DNA from: Psammoneis japonica
Lineage: Eukaryota
Direction: 5' to 3'
NCBI GenBank assembly: GCA_008632985.1
Contig: QPGO01000084.1
Location: 186,001-250,000 of the forward strand
Length of the DNA stretch: 64,000 nucleotides
This document shows, in pieces, positions 52,301 to 63,240 of this stretch. A program made the translations under genes and the position numbers. How positions within the stretch are numbered: position 1 is the first letter of the stretch; each line of letters opens with the position of its first letter. Below the pieces are notes generated by a model, which did not search any database, was not told where the DNA came from, and worked only from the letters and a program-made list of their open reading frames with translations.

Positions 52301-52984
52301 CCCCGAGCGTCCCACGCTGCTGCAGTGAAGCGGATGCTCCGATGCCTCAAAGCAACTGCTGCTGAAGGTCTCATTCTCAAGCCTGCGCAAGATCATCGAG
52401 TTGATTGTTGCGTCGATTCTGACTTCGCGGGGTCATTTGGTGTGGAAGATGGTCAAGACCCAGTTTCTGTCAAGTCCAGGACTGGATGCCTTGTCTGCTG
52501 CGCCGGCTGCCCGCTTGTCTGGGTGTCCAAGCTGCAGACTCTTGTGGCATTGTCGACTGTGGAAGCGGAATGTGTCGCACTTTCTCAAGCCATGCGCGAT
52601 CTCATCCCCATTCGTGAAGTTCTCAAGGAGCTCAACCACCACGCACTCGGAAAGTCTGACCGCCAAAACCCAATCACGACTCACTCCAAGGCTTTTGAGC
52701 TCGCAACCCAAGGCACCGATGACTCGCCTGTAGAGCAGAATGTCCTGCCTGCGTCCGTTGTGTGCGAAGATGACTCCGCGTGCCTCAAGTTTGCACGCAT
52801 GCCCAAGTTGTCTCCGCGAACCAAACACATCGGCATCCCGCACCACTGGTTTAGGACTAAAGTCGAGCAATTGGAGATCGACATCCAACCCATCAGCACT
52901 CTAGAGCAACTGGCCGATCAGTTCACGAAGGGACTGCGGACCGATGCGTTCCGCACGGCTGGAAAGGCTCTCATGGGCTGGCAA
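46394..52984 (+). pseudogene. Copia gag-pol polyprotein, hypermutated, one nonsense codon
   Basis: Zn knuckles, VMDTGA protease, HTRFGH..CEAC, integrase D-D-E region, RT and RNase H all lie in a single frame. TGA at 52061-63. The probable natural stop after LMGW now reads CAA (52982-84). Confidence 0.92.
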
Positions 52985-53005
52985 GCTCTCTCGGTTGAGA
53001 GGGAG

Positions 53006-53239
53006 AGTCACGACTCAACGTCATTCTGGTCGCATCTCACGACTGCAACCCAGACTCAGATTTTCTCTTCGAAATGATTGGCTCATCACAAAATCGATTC
53101 AAACAGAAGCAACGACATTCGTCACAATTTCTGGACAACGACTTTCAACAAGCATCTGTTTGCCTCTGTCGCCATTCACATTGCTGCCAACCTCCGAGGT
53201 CTTGTCCATCCTGCTCAGCTGTGGGACTGCATCTCGACT
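53006..53239 (+). repeat. 3' LTR
   Basis: Follows the PPT; contains no TA dinucleotide. Confidence 0.95.
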
Positions 53240-53649
53240 AAAGGCGCTTGGATTGCAAAAGGTGGCAAGGCATCCTAGATCCACAACACACACAGTCCCC
53301 GCTTCTCCCAGCGCCCGTCTCTCGATGCACGGTCCAAACCATGTTTCATCGACAACGCTCCAAACGCCCGCGAGACAACGAAAGACTTGTCAAGCCTTGG
53401 ATCAAAAGACGGTGATTTGTTTCGGAGACTGACTGTGTCGACGAGGAGTTGCTGTTGCTGCCAGAAGAGTCGGCAGTCGACTGAAAGAAACGAATGACAG
53501 AGATCTTACCACACAACATGCATTGGTTAGGGAAACAACATCCAAAAAATAGACTAATCCCCATCTCGCTTTAAATCATCAGACCTTGTGACAATCCACT
53601 TGAGCAAAAAACACCACATCAATTCGAGGAAGGCTTCTTTTTCTTTTTT

Positions 53650-53780
53650 CACTTCTTCTTGGAACACTGTTGGATCCAATGACCAGACATTCCGCACAAA
53701 TCACAGACATGGCCGTCCGGTGGAGTAGATACCTTGCGTTTGCTGTTGCTTGCGGTCGCTTCTGCTTCGCTCATGCTCTC
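53650..53780 (-). pseudogene. CCHC zinc-knuckle gene fragment
   Basis: PPDGHVCDLCGMSGHWIQQC. Confidence 0.55.
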
Positions 53781-54764
53781 ATGGTGTCGCCATCGAGTCT
53801 CGAGTCTCGAGTTGCGGTGATGAGCACGTGTGCTGTAGAGTTGCGAGGTCTGAGGTCTTCTGAAAAAACCGTTGGACCTCGCGAAAGAACCGTTGGACCT
53901 CGCTGAAAAGGCATGCAGACCTCGCGCGGATCGCTCATTCGTTCGTATCCATACCCTGGCGCCCAGCGCACACCAGACACCATGACGAGCACCATCGGAC
54001 GCAACGCGTCCTCTCAGGATGGCACAGCATCGGTCTCCACTACTTGTCCATTTCAAGGAGATATGACTCACAATGTGATGAATCATCAGTGGTTAAAAAT
54101 GGGCTGGTGGAGATCGTAAGCTAAGAAAAAACAAGACCGAAACTGCGAGGTATCTTTTTTGTCGTGATTTGTAATCCTGCGTCAACATTGAACATTGGTC
54201 GTACAAGTATTGGTGCCGTATGATCATCTTTGTCAATACTAGTTCGAAAGATGATGGATATCTTGTTGGTTAATGCCGTGGAGGTGGTCCGGAGCGTGAA
54301 GGCAAAAAAATCAGTAAGAGGCGCTACCATCGCTTATCATCGCATCATCTGGAGTAGAGAGCCCTATCTTACCGTGAACATTGAACACTCGAGTTCCTAC
54401 TACTACTTTCTACTACTACTGTGTTTATTCACGGCGGCGCAAGTGGGGACTTGTTCGCAAGGAGTGTTGACACGGTGCTTTCCAACAAGTCGCTGATAGA
54501 CGTCCTTGGAAGATTTTTCCGTGGACACAGCAGGTAGAGGTTTGCGCGGTTGCAAAACACGTGGAAGACTTCTTGATCGGAATATTGGTTCTACACTGAT
54601 CAGAGCGCCCGAGACTACATCGTGAAGCATCCGAAGCGATTTCTTGATGCTTTCGATGCTTTGGTTCCAGGAGCATACAAGGTATGCACGCTCGTTTGTA
54701 CCGCTTCTTCCCCCAAAAATCCCTCGTCGAACATGCTGATGCACGTACGGTTCTCTCAATTATG

Positions 54765-54890
54765 CAGGCTGACTTTTTCCGATATCTAGTAGGAGTGCTC
54801 CGAAGAGATGGAGTAATTGTCTACGCCGACGTTGACGTGAAACTGGATGCAAATCTTGATACATTCATTACACCGGATTTACTTTATGGA
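54765..54890 (+). pseudogene. GT32/OCH1-like glycosyltransferase DXD fragment
   Basis: ADFFRYLV...VYADVD. Confidence 0.55.
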
Positions 54891-54985
54891 ATATATTGAT
54901 GATACAAGCAGTGGTGTTTGTGGAGATTGTTCTGTTGTGTGCTGTATTACCGAATTGGAATATGGGAGACCGCTTTTGACGGTAT

Positions 54986-55205
54986 AATTATGCAGAACTC
55001 ATTTTTGTTTCGTGATTCTGGAGAGTCGTCGGTTTGTTGGGCTAATTTACTCTACTTTCAGTGAGTACACTTTGGAACTTGTCCCACGAGGCATTGAATT
55101 ATGCAGAACTCATTTTTGCTTTGTGATTCCGGAGAGTCGTCGGTTATTTGGCCTAATTTACTCTACTTTCAGTAAGTACATTTTGGAACTTGTCCCACGA
55201 GGCAT
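54986..55205 (+). repeat. Tandem duplication, 2 x 111 bp, overlapping the 3' end of the helicase-like ORF
   Basis: Units start at 54986 and 55097. Confidence 0.9.
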
Positions 55206-57356
55206 CTAACCGGTACATTGGCATTCCTCTTTTGTCAGTGTTCCACGACATCTCAATCTTCTGTCTTTGCGCTCCTGTGTTCTTTGTGGAGGCATCTAGT
55301 CGGCAGCGGTATCGAAGAACTTTAGAAACAATCAGCTGAAGCAGTAAAAGTTCAGCATCTTGTGTTCCGGATGACCTGGTGTTGTGCGCTCGTGGCCATA
55401 TTGTCTCGGCATTCTCTTTCAGGAGAGTAAGTATTTCATTCGAAGAAGCTCGCTTGCCATTAAAGGCACCCGCTAGTGTCATTGTAAGGGCCGTCTTACT
55501 AAACCATATTTCATTCTCCCCTGCATGTTTATCCTTGCAGCATACCCAGCATTTGTCACAGTTGGTAGCTCTATCTTGAAAGTCGTGGTCGGGAGTGACT
55601 GGACGTGGACGGCTCGTGTGGTCTTCATCTGGACGTGACGGCACCGGTGACATGATCCCTGCGTAAGGAGCTTGTTGCGCATTATCGGGTGAGCGGAATC
55701 GTCTTTGAAACTGATCATTGATACAGACGGTTGAGAATAACAAGATTTCCATCAACTCGAAGAAGCGCCGTCGCGCTGTTCTTCGCTGCTCACGATCTTC
55801 CTCCCTTTCAATTTGTTTCAGAACCTTTTCAAGCAGAGACACGCTTAACAACACGTGGCATTCTGGTCCCCGTTCACCAAAATCAACCGAACCAAGCCTT
55901 CCGGTTCTTCCAAGCATTTGAACGAAGTCGTAAATGTTGGACGGCGGTCCATCCATGATGACATCGCCACAATGCTTCGAGTCGATCCCAGCGTTACCCG
56001 CTTTTGTGCACACTTTCATCTCTAGAAAGATCTCACGCATGTAATCTTTCAATCCTTCCGCCTTAGTTTCCGTATGGTGAGACAGCTCAGTCCAAACCCA
56101 CAAGGACTTCTTCTTTGCGTGTGGATTCCATGTGCTCACAAGTCTACTATGCTCCGTTTCCAATTCGGTTCCCACGCGATCAATCAGCGACCGCCACCAG
56201 TCAACGGTCAGACTTTGCACTTCGGTCATTGCCCTGTTGCGGCTTCCTCTTGCGATTCGTTCTTGGACGAGGTTTTGTCTGAGAAACAAGCACTGGTTCA
56301 ATGCCTTTACGCGATCGTAGTAATCACTACTGGACAAATCCATTCCCGGCATCTTGGGAGTTTCTTGATTACTATCACGGGTAAGAGGTGGGTGCGTCAT
56401 GAGCGTTGGCGATGTGTGCAGCTCCCATCCGTCGACTGGGAGCGTAAGTGATATGGTCTCACCTGCTTTTACCTGTATCTTTTCACTTGAATTTGAAAGA
56501 GGCACTTCGCAATCTACCTGAGCCTTCAATGCGTATGCAATTTGATAGCAGTCATCAGTCACCGGAGAGCTTGTAACGACGTCGAAACGGTATGTGTCTT
56601 GATTCGCTCCGAGACTAAGGTACGCCATAGTGTCACCTGCTTTCCATTGGGGCAATCTCCATCTCACGTGTGCTGTCATTGTAGCATGAACAGGAATCGA
56701 GGACCGCCCGCCTCGCTGGAATAGCAGAGTTTGGAAGAATTGAAAATTGTCAAAGATCAAGCTATTGTGAGCATCCTTGCTAAGGGCATCACGCTGCAAG
56801 CTGCGGAGCTTCTCATAATTCTCTTTCATCCATTTCCGGGCTTTTGACTTGTCAACCATCAGTCCAATGTACCGCCCCATTGCGTCTGCTCCATTTCCAC
56901 GAGCCATGGCTCCGAGTCGCATTACAAGGGCAAGGTGTCGAAGATTGTGAGGGTTCCTGGTGCGCAATATTAACAAGCAGGTGAGGAGCCGGCGAGTGTA
57001 CTTCATCTCCTTATATTTGGCTCGATACATGGCGTTCGGTGCGTTCTCAATGCTGGTGAATGCCCACAGCAAAGGGCAATTCTCCTTAAGCTCTTGGACC
57101 ATTTCGTTCACGGAAATTAGCGGTTCTTCCATGTCATCCCAGCCGTTCTTGAACACATTCGTGATTCTTTTTTCTATCTCGTTGTCAAGCTTCTTACACC
57201 ATGCGATGCCTTTGCTTTTGATTTCGTCTTCGACGAACATAGGCACGTCATCGGGTTGGATCGTGGGGCTTTCGCCGTCCAAAGCCAATTTGGGGATGTC
57301 GGCGGGCGAAAAGCGTTGCTTTATGTCTTGGGCGGCCCAAGCAAGCTTTGCCATAC
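55153..57356 (-). mobile_element. Academ-like ORF: DUF6589-like transposase part fused to a RecQ helicase C-terminal half; 5' truncated
   Basis: LIFDNFQ...QRGGRSS...HAT and HTETKAEG, followed by TKAGNAGID, PSNIYDFVQMLGRTGR and CDKCWVC. No Walker A or DExH seen. Confidence 0.55.
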
Positions 57357-57644
57357 GCAATGTTTTATTCTATTTTGCCGCATGGAGTTGACAAGTTTTT
57401 CCTCCAATCTTGTGATTGCTATATTGCTAAAATAACGCTGCTCCAAAAAGCAATGTCCTACAGCTGTCTTTTGTGAGACGCCTAACAGCAGTGCGGTAGC
57501 CCAACCCGTGGGAGTCTTGTGCAGGAGCAATGAGGCTTCGACACACTAAAGAATGTTCTCCATAAGGCGGTCCACTGCTCGAGTCTGTAATAGAGTGCAA
57601 AAGTGCAGCAGTTAGAATGGCAACATTGTGCACAAATCAAAACA
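57357..57644 (+). repeat. 288-bp dispersed duplication, copy 2
   Basis: Matches 43702-43989. Confidence 0.95.
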
Positions 57645-58090
57645 TATCGAATTGTCGCATTGGACAAAAGGGAACTAAAGCGTTGGCCAGTAGCGTGCAA
57701 GAAAACTCATCCATTGTTACTCTTCGTCTCGATGGCAACAACATTGGAGACGGTGGTGCAAGAGCCCTCGGACAAATGCTTTCGCAAAACGACACAATCG
57801 TGCATGTGCGTGTGTCGCGTGCCTCTTTTGGAGATGAGGGGGAGGCGGCCCTAGTAGATGGCGCGAAGGAAAATAGGAAGGTTGATCCTTCCCGTTTATG
57901 GCCCGGCATTGGCAAGGAGCTGGTTTCTGAGATTGAAAGGGACCGTGAGCTATTGCTGCGCATTTTGATGTTGTTGCGTCATGATTCAGTTCCCGATGGT
58001 ATTTGGGCCAAGGTGTTGGCACGGGTTAGCCACAACCCCAACCTTCTTTACCGTTTGGTCAAGGCCAAACCAGATATTCTCAAGAAATGA
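57617..58090 (+). CDS. RNI-like leucine-rich repeat protein (probably 5'-truncated)
   Basis: CRIGQKGTKALA, LRLDGNNIGDGGARALG and FGDEGEAALV, plus C-terminal IWAKVL...LLYRLV. Confidence 0.65.
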   Translation: MATLCTNQNISNCRIGQKGTKALASSVQENSSIVTLRLDGNNIGDGGARALGQMLSQNDTIVHVRVSRASFGDEGEAALVDGAKENRKVDPSRLWPGIGKELVSEIERDRELLLRILMLLRHDSVPDGIWAKVLARVSHNPNLLYRLVKAKPDILKK

Positions 58091-58779
58091 ATGTTATTCT
58101 GTTTACGTGTAGTGGAAGCATCGCATTGGTTGCGAGTTCGAGGAACATGGGATGTATGAGACACGTCCATCGATGTCAATTGGTGTTTATTATTCGTAAA
58201 TTAGCCGCAACAATCTAGTATCTTTCTGTTTCCCCAAAGCCCATTCTTCTTACGGCGTAGGAATAACCCAATGTAGTCTCTTGTAGCAATCAATGCACCA
58301 TTCTTCCGGACGAACCAGTCTCTCCTTTAGCTAGTTATAAAGAGTTTCTACAAATATCAGGCAGCCACACATATTTGTGAAGTACGTCCTGGCTACGGCC
58401 ACAATAATTGGTGTTCTACTGTCCATTAAGGTGTCTGCTAAAGAGCAGTTTAATGAGAGCAAGTACCGGTATTCCCCTTGTCTCTACATCAGTACCGTAC
58501 GGCCCCAGTGGTGACTCGCTTCTAGTAATCGAAACAACACAATATCGTACTACTAGTGTAACTCGTTCTTCTTGCAAAGTGAACAGTTCCATTATTGAAT
58601 ATTCTTAGTACGGTACAATTACACACATATTTTAAACTCACGTGTGTCTTATGTAGTGGCCTTTTTCTTACTCCAACGAAATGATTTGCGCTTGCTTGAT
58701 TTAGTGAAAAGTCATCCGCCAAACTGTCATTCATGTCAGTGCAGATATTTCAGAATGATCGTCATCGTCGTTGGCATCT

Positions 58780-61700
58780 GCCACTGAAGCATCACTGCGG
58801 CGAACTTTAACGGATGACGCCGGGACAGATTTATTGCTCTTTACGGAACGGGGAATACGCCTGGAGGAGGAAACGGGAGGACTTGCCAAAAGCGGAGGAC
58901 GAGAACGATGGGGGGTTGCCGCACTTGTTATTGGCTGCTTGTCATGGTGTTTGATTCGGGATGCCGGTAGAATCAGATCCGAAAGACCACCGATACTTCC
59001 TGCTGTCTCACTATTGGCTCGACCATGACGAGTCCTGCTGGCGCCTGAAGCGATTGAGCAGAAGCCACAACATGTCCACCACTTTTGGAACGCTCATAAG
59101 CCATGGGACGCGTTCCAGAGAGGGGCCGTTGCGTGGCACGCCGGGAAATCGCAGGAGTAGGTTGAGCACTCGAGGCACGATGAGTATTCGAAGTAATACG
59201 ATGTGCTCCCATCAATTCATTGGCAGCGGCCTGCTCGGCGCGGACAATGTCAGACATGGTAATGTCTTCCTGTGTCTGGACAGTGTTGTTCCAGATTCGT
59301 TCCAAAAAGTCATCTTCGGTTTCCATCGCTCTCTGTCGTTTCTTCTCTTCCTGGCGAGCAAACTCACGATCCACTTCGGCCTTGACCCAACGGAGGAAAC
59401 GGAGAATGATCAGACCGGCCTTCTGCTCTCGCGATGCCTTCTCACCCCTCCACCACGTCTGAATGGTTCTCGCAGCACGCTAAGATTGAAGCTCGTCGGA
59501 CGAGCCCTCGGCGTAAACTCTGTACAAACGCTCCTTCCATAACTGCTTGCTGCAGTCTCTCCACCATTTTGAATGACTGTTACAGCAATGCCGGATCGCA
59601 TCTCTTGTGACGAACCGATGTCAACCTTTTTTCGGAGACGCCAACCCTTCTGAATCAGATATTCAGCGTAGTCTTCCAGGATTTCTTCTTCGATTTGCTT
59701 CCGCGAACTATAACCGCGGTACACTCTTTGAATATCCAAGGCGGCCTCGTTGACAAGCATATCAAAAATCATAGGCTCTACCTTCCTTCTTGCGAGGAAG
59801 CCTCTTACAATCCGCTGGCTAAAGACGATATCGTGCATCGTAAACACGTAGTCCGTATAAGCAATGAAACCTCTCCAGGCGCTCTGTATGATGACTGCAG
59901 ACCGGAAGAAAGAGTAGTAGCTGCGACAAGTATAGCCTCGCCACGCGGCTTGCACGCGGCACGCATAATCATTTTGGAGCTTTGTTTGACGCGCTTTCTC
60001 TTGCTTGCGTTGATGCTTCTTCTTTCGTCTTCTTTCTCGCGTTCCAGCTCGCGATTCACCTCGGCTTGAATTGTTTGGAAGAAAAGTTGATCGTCCTGGC
60101 TGCGTCATCTTCTCTCTGCGCTGTTTAGTTCCAACCAACACTTCTGAATGGTTCTGGCGGCAGAGCTAGATTGACGCTCTTCCGATGAACCCGCGTCGTA
60201 AATGCTGTCCAAACGCGCTTCCATCAACTGCACTCTGAAATCTCTCCACCACCTTGAATGACCTTTGCAGCAACGACGGATATCATCTCTTCTGATGACC
60301 CTGTGTCAAGCATTCTGTGAAGACGCCACGCCTTTTGAATCAGATAGGCAGCGTAGTCTCCAAATAGTGAAGTTCAATTTGCGCCCGTGCACTACAACCG
60401 CGGTAGACTCGTTGAATATTCAAGCAGCCTGCACAGTCAGCACGTAGTTCGCATTGGCAATGTAACCTCTCCAGGCGCTTTGTATGGTGGCCGCAGACTT
60501 GAAGTAAGTATATTTTTTCTTCTTCTTCTGTCGTCTTTCGTTCTCACGTTCCAGCTCGCGTCTAATTTCGGCTTGGATTGCTACGAAGAAGCGTTGAATG
60601 CACAGGGCAGCAGCATCTTCTCTGCGCCGCTGCTATGCGCAAGCCACGACTTTTGAATGGTTCTTGCGGCAAAGCGAGACAGACGCTCTTCATCTGAACC
60701 TTCGGCATAAACACGGCACAAACGCGCGTCCAACAATTGCATTCTGGTGTGCCTCCACCATCTTTGAATGACGGTTGTAGCAATGCGGGATCGTATCTCT
60801 TCTGACGAACCGGTGAAAAGAAGTTTGCGTAGTCGTGCGTCATTGCGAGCACAGCCACGGTAAACTCGTTGAATATCCAAGGCAGCCTCGTTCACACGAA
60901 CATCGGAAGCCATGGATTCAGTTTTCTTTCTTGAAAGATACCCGCGTACAATCCGCTGACAAACGATAGCAGTTCGCACTTTGTAACGTAGTCCTTGTAG
61001 GCAATAAAACATCTCCAGGCCCTTTGCACGGCGATAGCAGACTTTTCCTGCTCGCGATTCCTTTCGGCTTGGATTGCTAAGAAGAACCCCTGAAGTGCCC
61101 TGGCAGCATTGTCCTCTCGGCCTCGCTGACGGTGTGCTACCCAGGACCTTTGAATTGTGGTAGAAGCTCTTCGCGACTCCGCTTCCTCGATGGCTCCCTT
61201 TTGAAAGGACTGCTCTACACTTCGTTTCTTCATTTCCTGCCTCGCCAAATAGCGCGTGCAACTAGAATCAACTTGTTTGCGGCATTGACGGCCCTGACTC
61301 GCCAGGAATACATCCTCCAAAACTTCTGAAGTCTGCAAGCTGCTTGTTGGGATTTGGCTTCATTGAAAGCCCCATAACGAAGGTGCGTTCGACAAGCTCC
61401 GTCTTGGTTCGATTAATGGCAATGCACCGACGAGCATGAGCTTGGATTGCATGGCGGCTTCAGCCTTCGACTTTAAGTCGTTCCTTGCATTATAGCCACG
61501 AGCAACCTTTTGCATCATGACAATGTCACATAACGTGAAAACATAGTCGGAATGCGACACGAATCCTCTCCAGGTGCTTTGGATAACAACTGTAGAACGG
61601 TTTCGACGACGCTAGTACTCTCTCCAGGTCCGCTGAACCCTCTTTACAGATATAGTCTTTTTTGTCTCCTCTTCTAGGCGACGAACTTCGTTATCTACCT

Positions 61701-63240
61701 CTTCCCTAACTTTCCTGAAAAAGCGCTGTACTACAACCGCCTCATAGTCCCGATTCCTGCCCTTCTCAGCCTGGGCTCGCCACCAATCTGAATTTCAGTA
61801 GCAGCTTGTCTCGAGGCAATCTCGTGTGCACTACCCATGGACAAGGTCAAATCAAGCAACTTGTCTCTCCGGACATTAATAGCTAGGGATCGACGAATGG
61901 CTGCTTGGATCTTTGTTGCCGCTTCACGTTGCGCTCTTCTCGTCATGCATTGACGCCAGCATCTTTGAATTGTAGAAGCTCCGTTTTCAACGGTGCGCTG
62001 ATGATCTCTGTGGTGGACTCTCCACGCCGATTGGATTTTTGTAGCAGCGTCGATCTGCTCACTGCCAGAAGCGACGCCAAAAGTTTCCATCGTTTTAATT
62101 GATTTCAGCCTGTTGGCCTCCTTCGACGCAAGGTAAGAACGACATTGGGTTTGGGCAATTATGATGTCTGACAAGTCCCTCTTCATTGCTTAGAAGCCAG
62201 AAAACTCCGTACCCTAGCTTGAATACGAAAATAGCGTAGTCAAGAATCTTGAGGAAGTTCGAAAAGTGCCAGAACTGTCACCAGGTCTTCTGGATGAGAA
62301 CTGCGCTTCGCTTTTTCATCTTCAGCGTTCCTTTGAGCTGACCAGCGTCGAACAACGCTTTGAACAATCAAACATCTGCCAGATAGTGCAAGTAATTCAT
62401 ACAATCGTCGTAAGATCTCCATTGGGACTGAATAACGACAGCGGCTCGAACCCTACGGGCATAATCTTCCGATTCTTTGACAGCTTTTCTCGAAAAATAT
62501 TCCTTGCGTGCAGCCCATCGACGAACCACGCTTTGCACGATGATGACGTCAAGCCGATCGAAGTTGTAATTCATCGCCGCGCTTCGGCCCCTCCACATTC
62601 GCTGGATCGCTAGAGCACTGCGTTGTACCTTTTCGAGGTGTTGACGAACCAAATATCCTCGAATGATTGATTGCACCTGGATGATGAAAGCTAGACGGTA
62701 CGTGGCATCCTCAATGGCGAGCTTCATACGAATGAAACTCTGGACCAAGGTCACCTAGTAGATATCATCGTAAACAGAAATTGTCGCAAGGTACCCCTAA
62801 CGATACGTTGGATCTGCGTAGCGCAGAAATGTCTATCGTCGATAATATTCCGAATAAGCCAACCTCTGAGAGCAGCCTGGGCCGTGACTGCGGCGTCGAG
62901 TGTGGTAAGGTAATCGATCTCAGCATGTTTTTGTCGTGCAAAGGTTTGTATCTTGAGAGCGCTAATGTAGAAACGATAGTTCCTGTATGCTATCCAACGA
63001 CGGACGCAGGCCTGCAGTTTCATTGCACTTCGATTTGTTCCAAGCCGGGATTTAACAATCCAACGACGCGCGTACGCCTGTATCACAATCAATCCAAACA
63101 TTCGATTCAGGGCCTCTCGTTCTGCTACGCACCGACGGATCATTGCTTGGATGGGTGTAACCGCTGTTGCGAGCAACCTCATACCCGCGAGCTGAAGAGG
63201 ATCCATATCCGCTGGATCGGTCTGCGCGTCATGCAATTCA
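58780..63240 (-). pseudogene. Multi-IQ-motif (ASPM-like) protein, many frameshifts
   Basis: Dozens of IQxxxRG motifs in successive minus-strand ORFs. Internal repeated unit anchored on AALxIQRVYRG near 59730, 60410 and 60875. Confidence 0.8.

Larger units (their letters stand above)
45998..53239 (+). mobile_element. Full-length Ty1/copia (CoDi-like) LTR retrotransposon
   Basis: 234-bp LTRs, AAAGG target duplication (45993-45997 and 53240-53244), PPT gagagggag (52997-53005), and gag-PR-IN-RT-RH order. Confidence 0.97.

Noticed and set aside
46394..52984. Alternative genetic code explaining Cys/His in place of Tyr
   Set aside because: Neighbouring genes use TAY for conserved Tyr, and the non-coding LTRs show the same change.
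46394..53239. ADAR-type RNA editing or RT error before integration
   Set aside because: This would be largely one-stranded and copied into both LTRs. Here both TG and CA products occur, the LTRs differ, and DNA-transposon regions are affected too.
45998..53239. Diversity-generating retroelement (template/variable repeat pair)
   Set aside because: The repeats are LTRs with a TSD and PPT, and the changes are transitions at TpA on both strands, not A->N on one strand.
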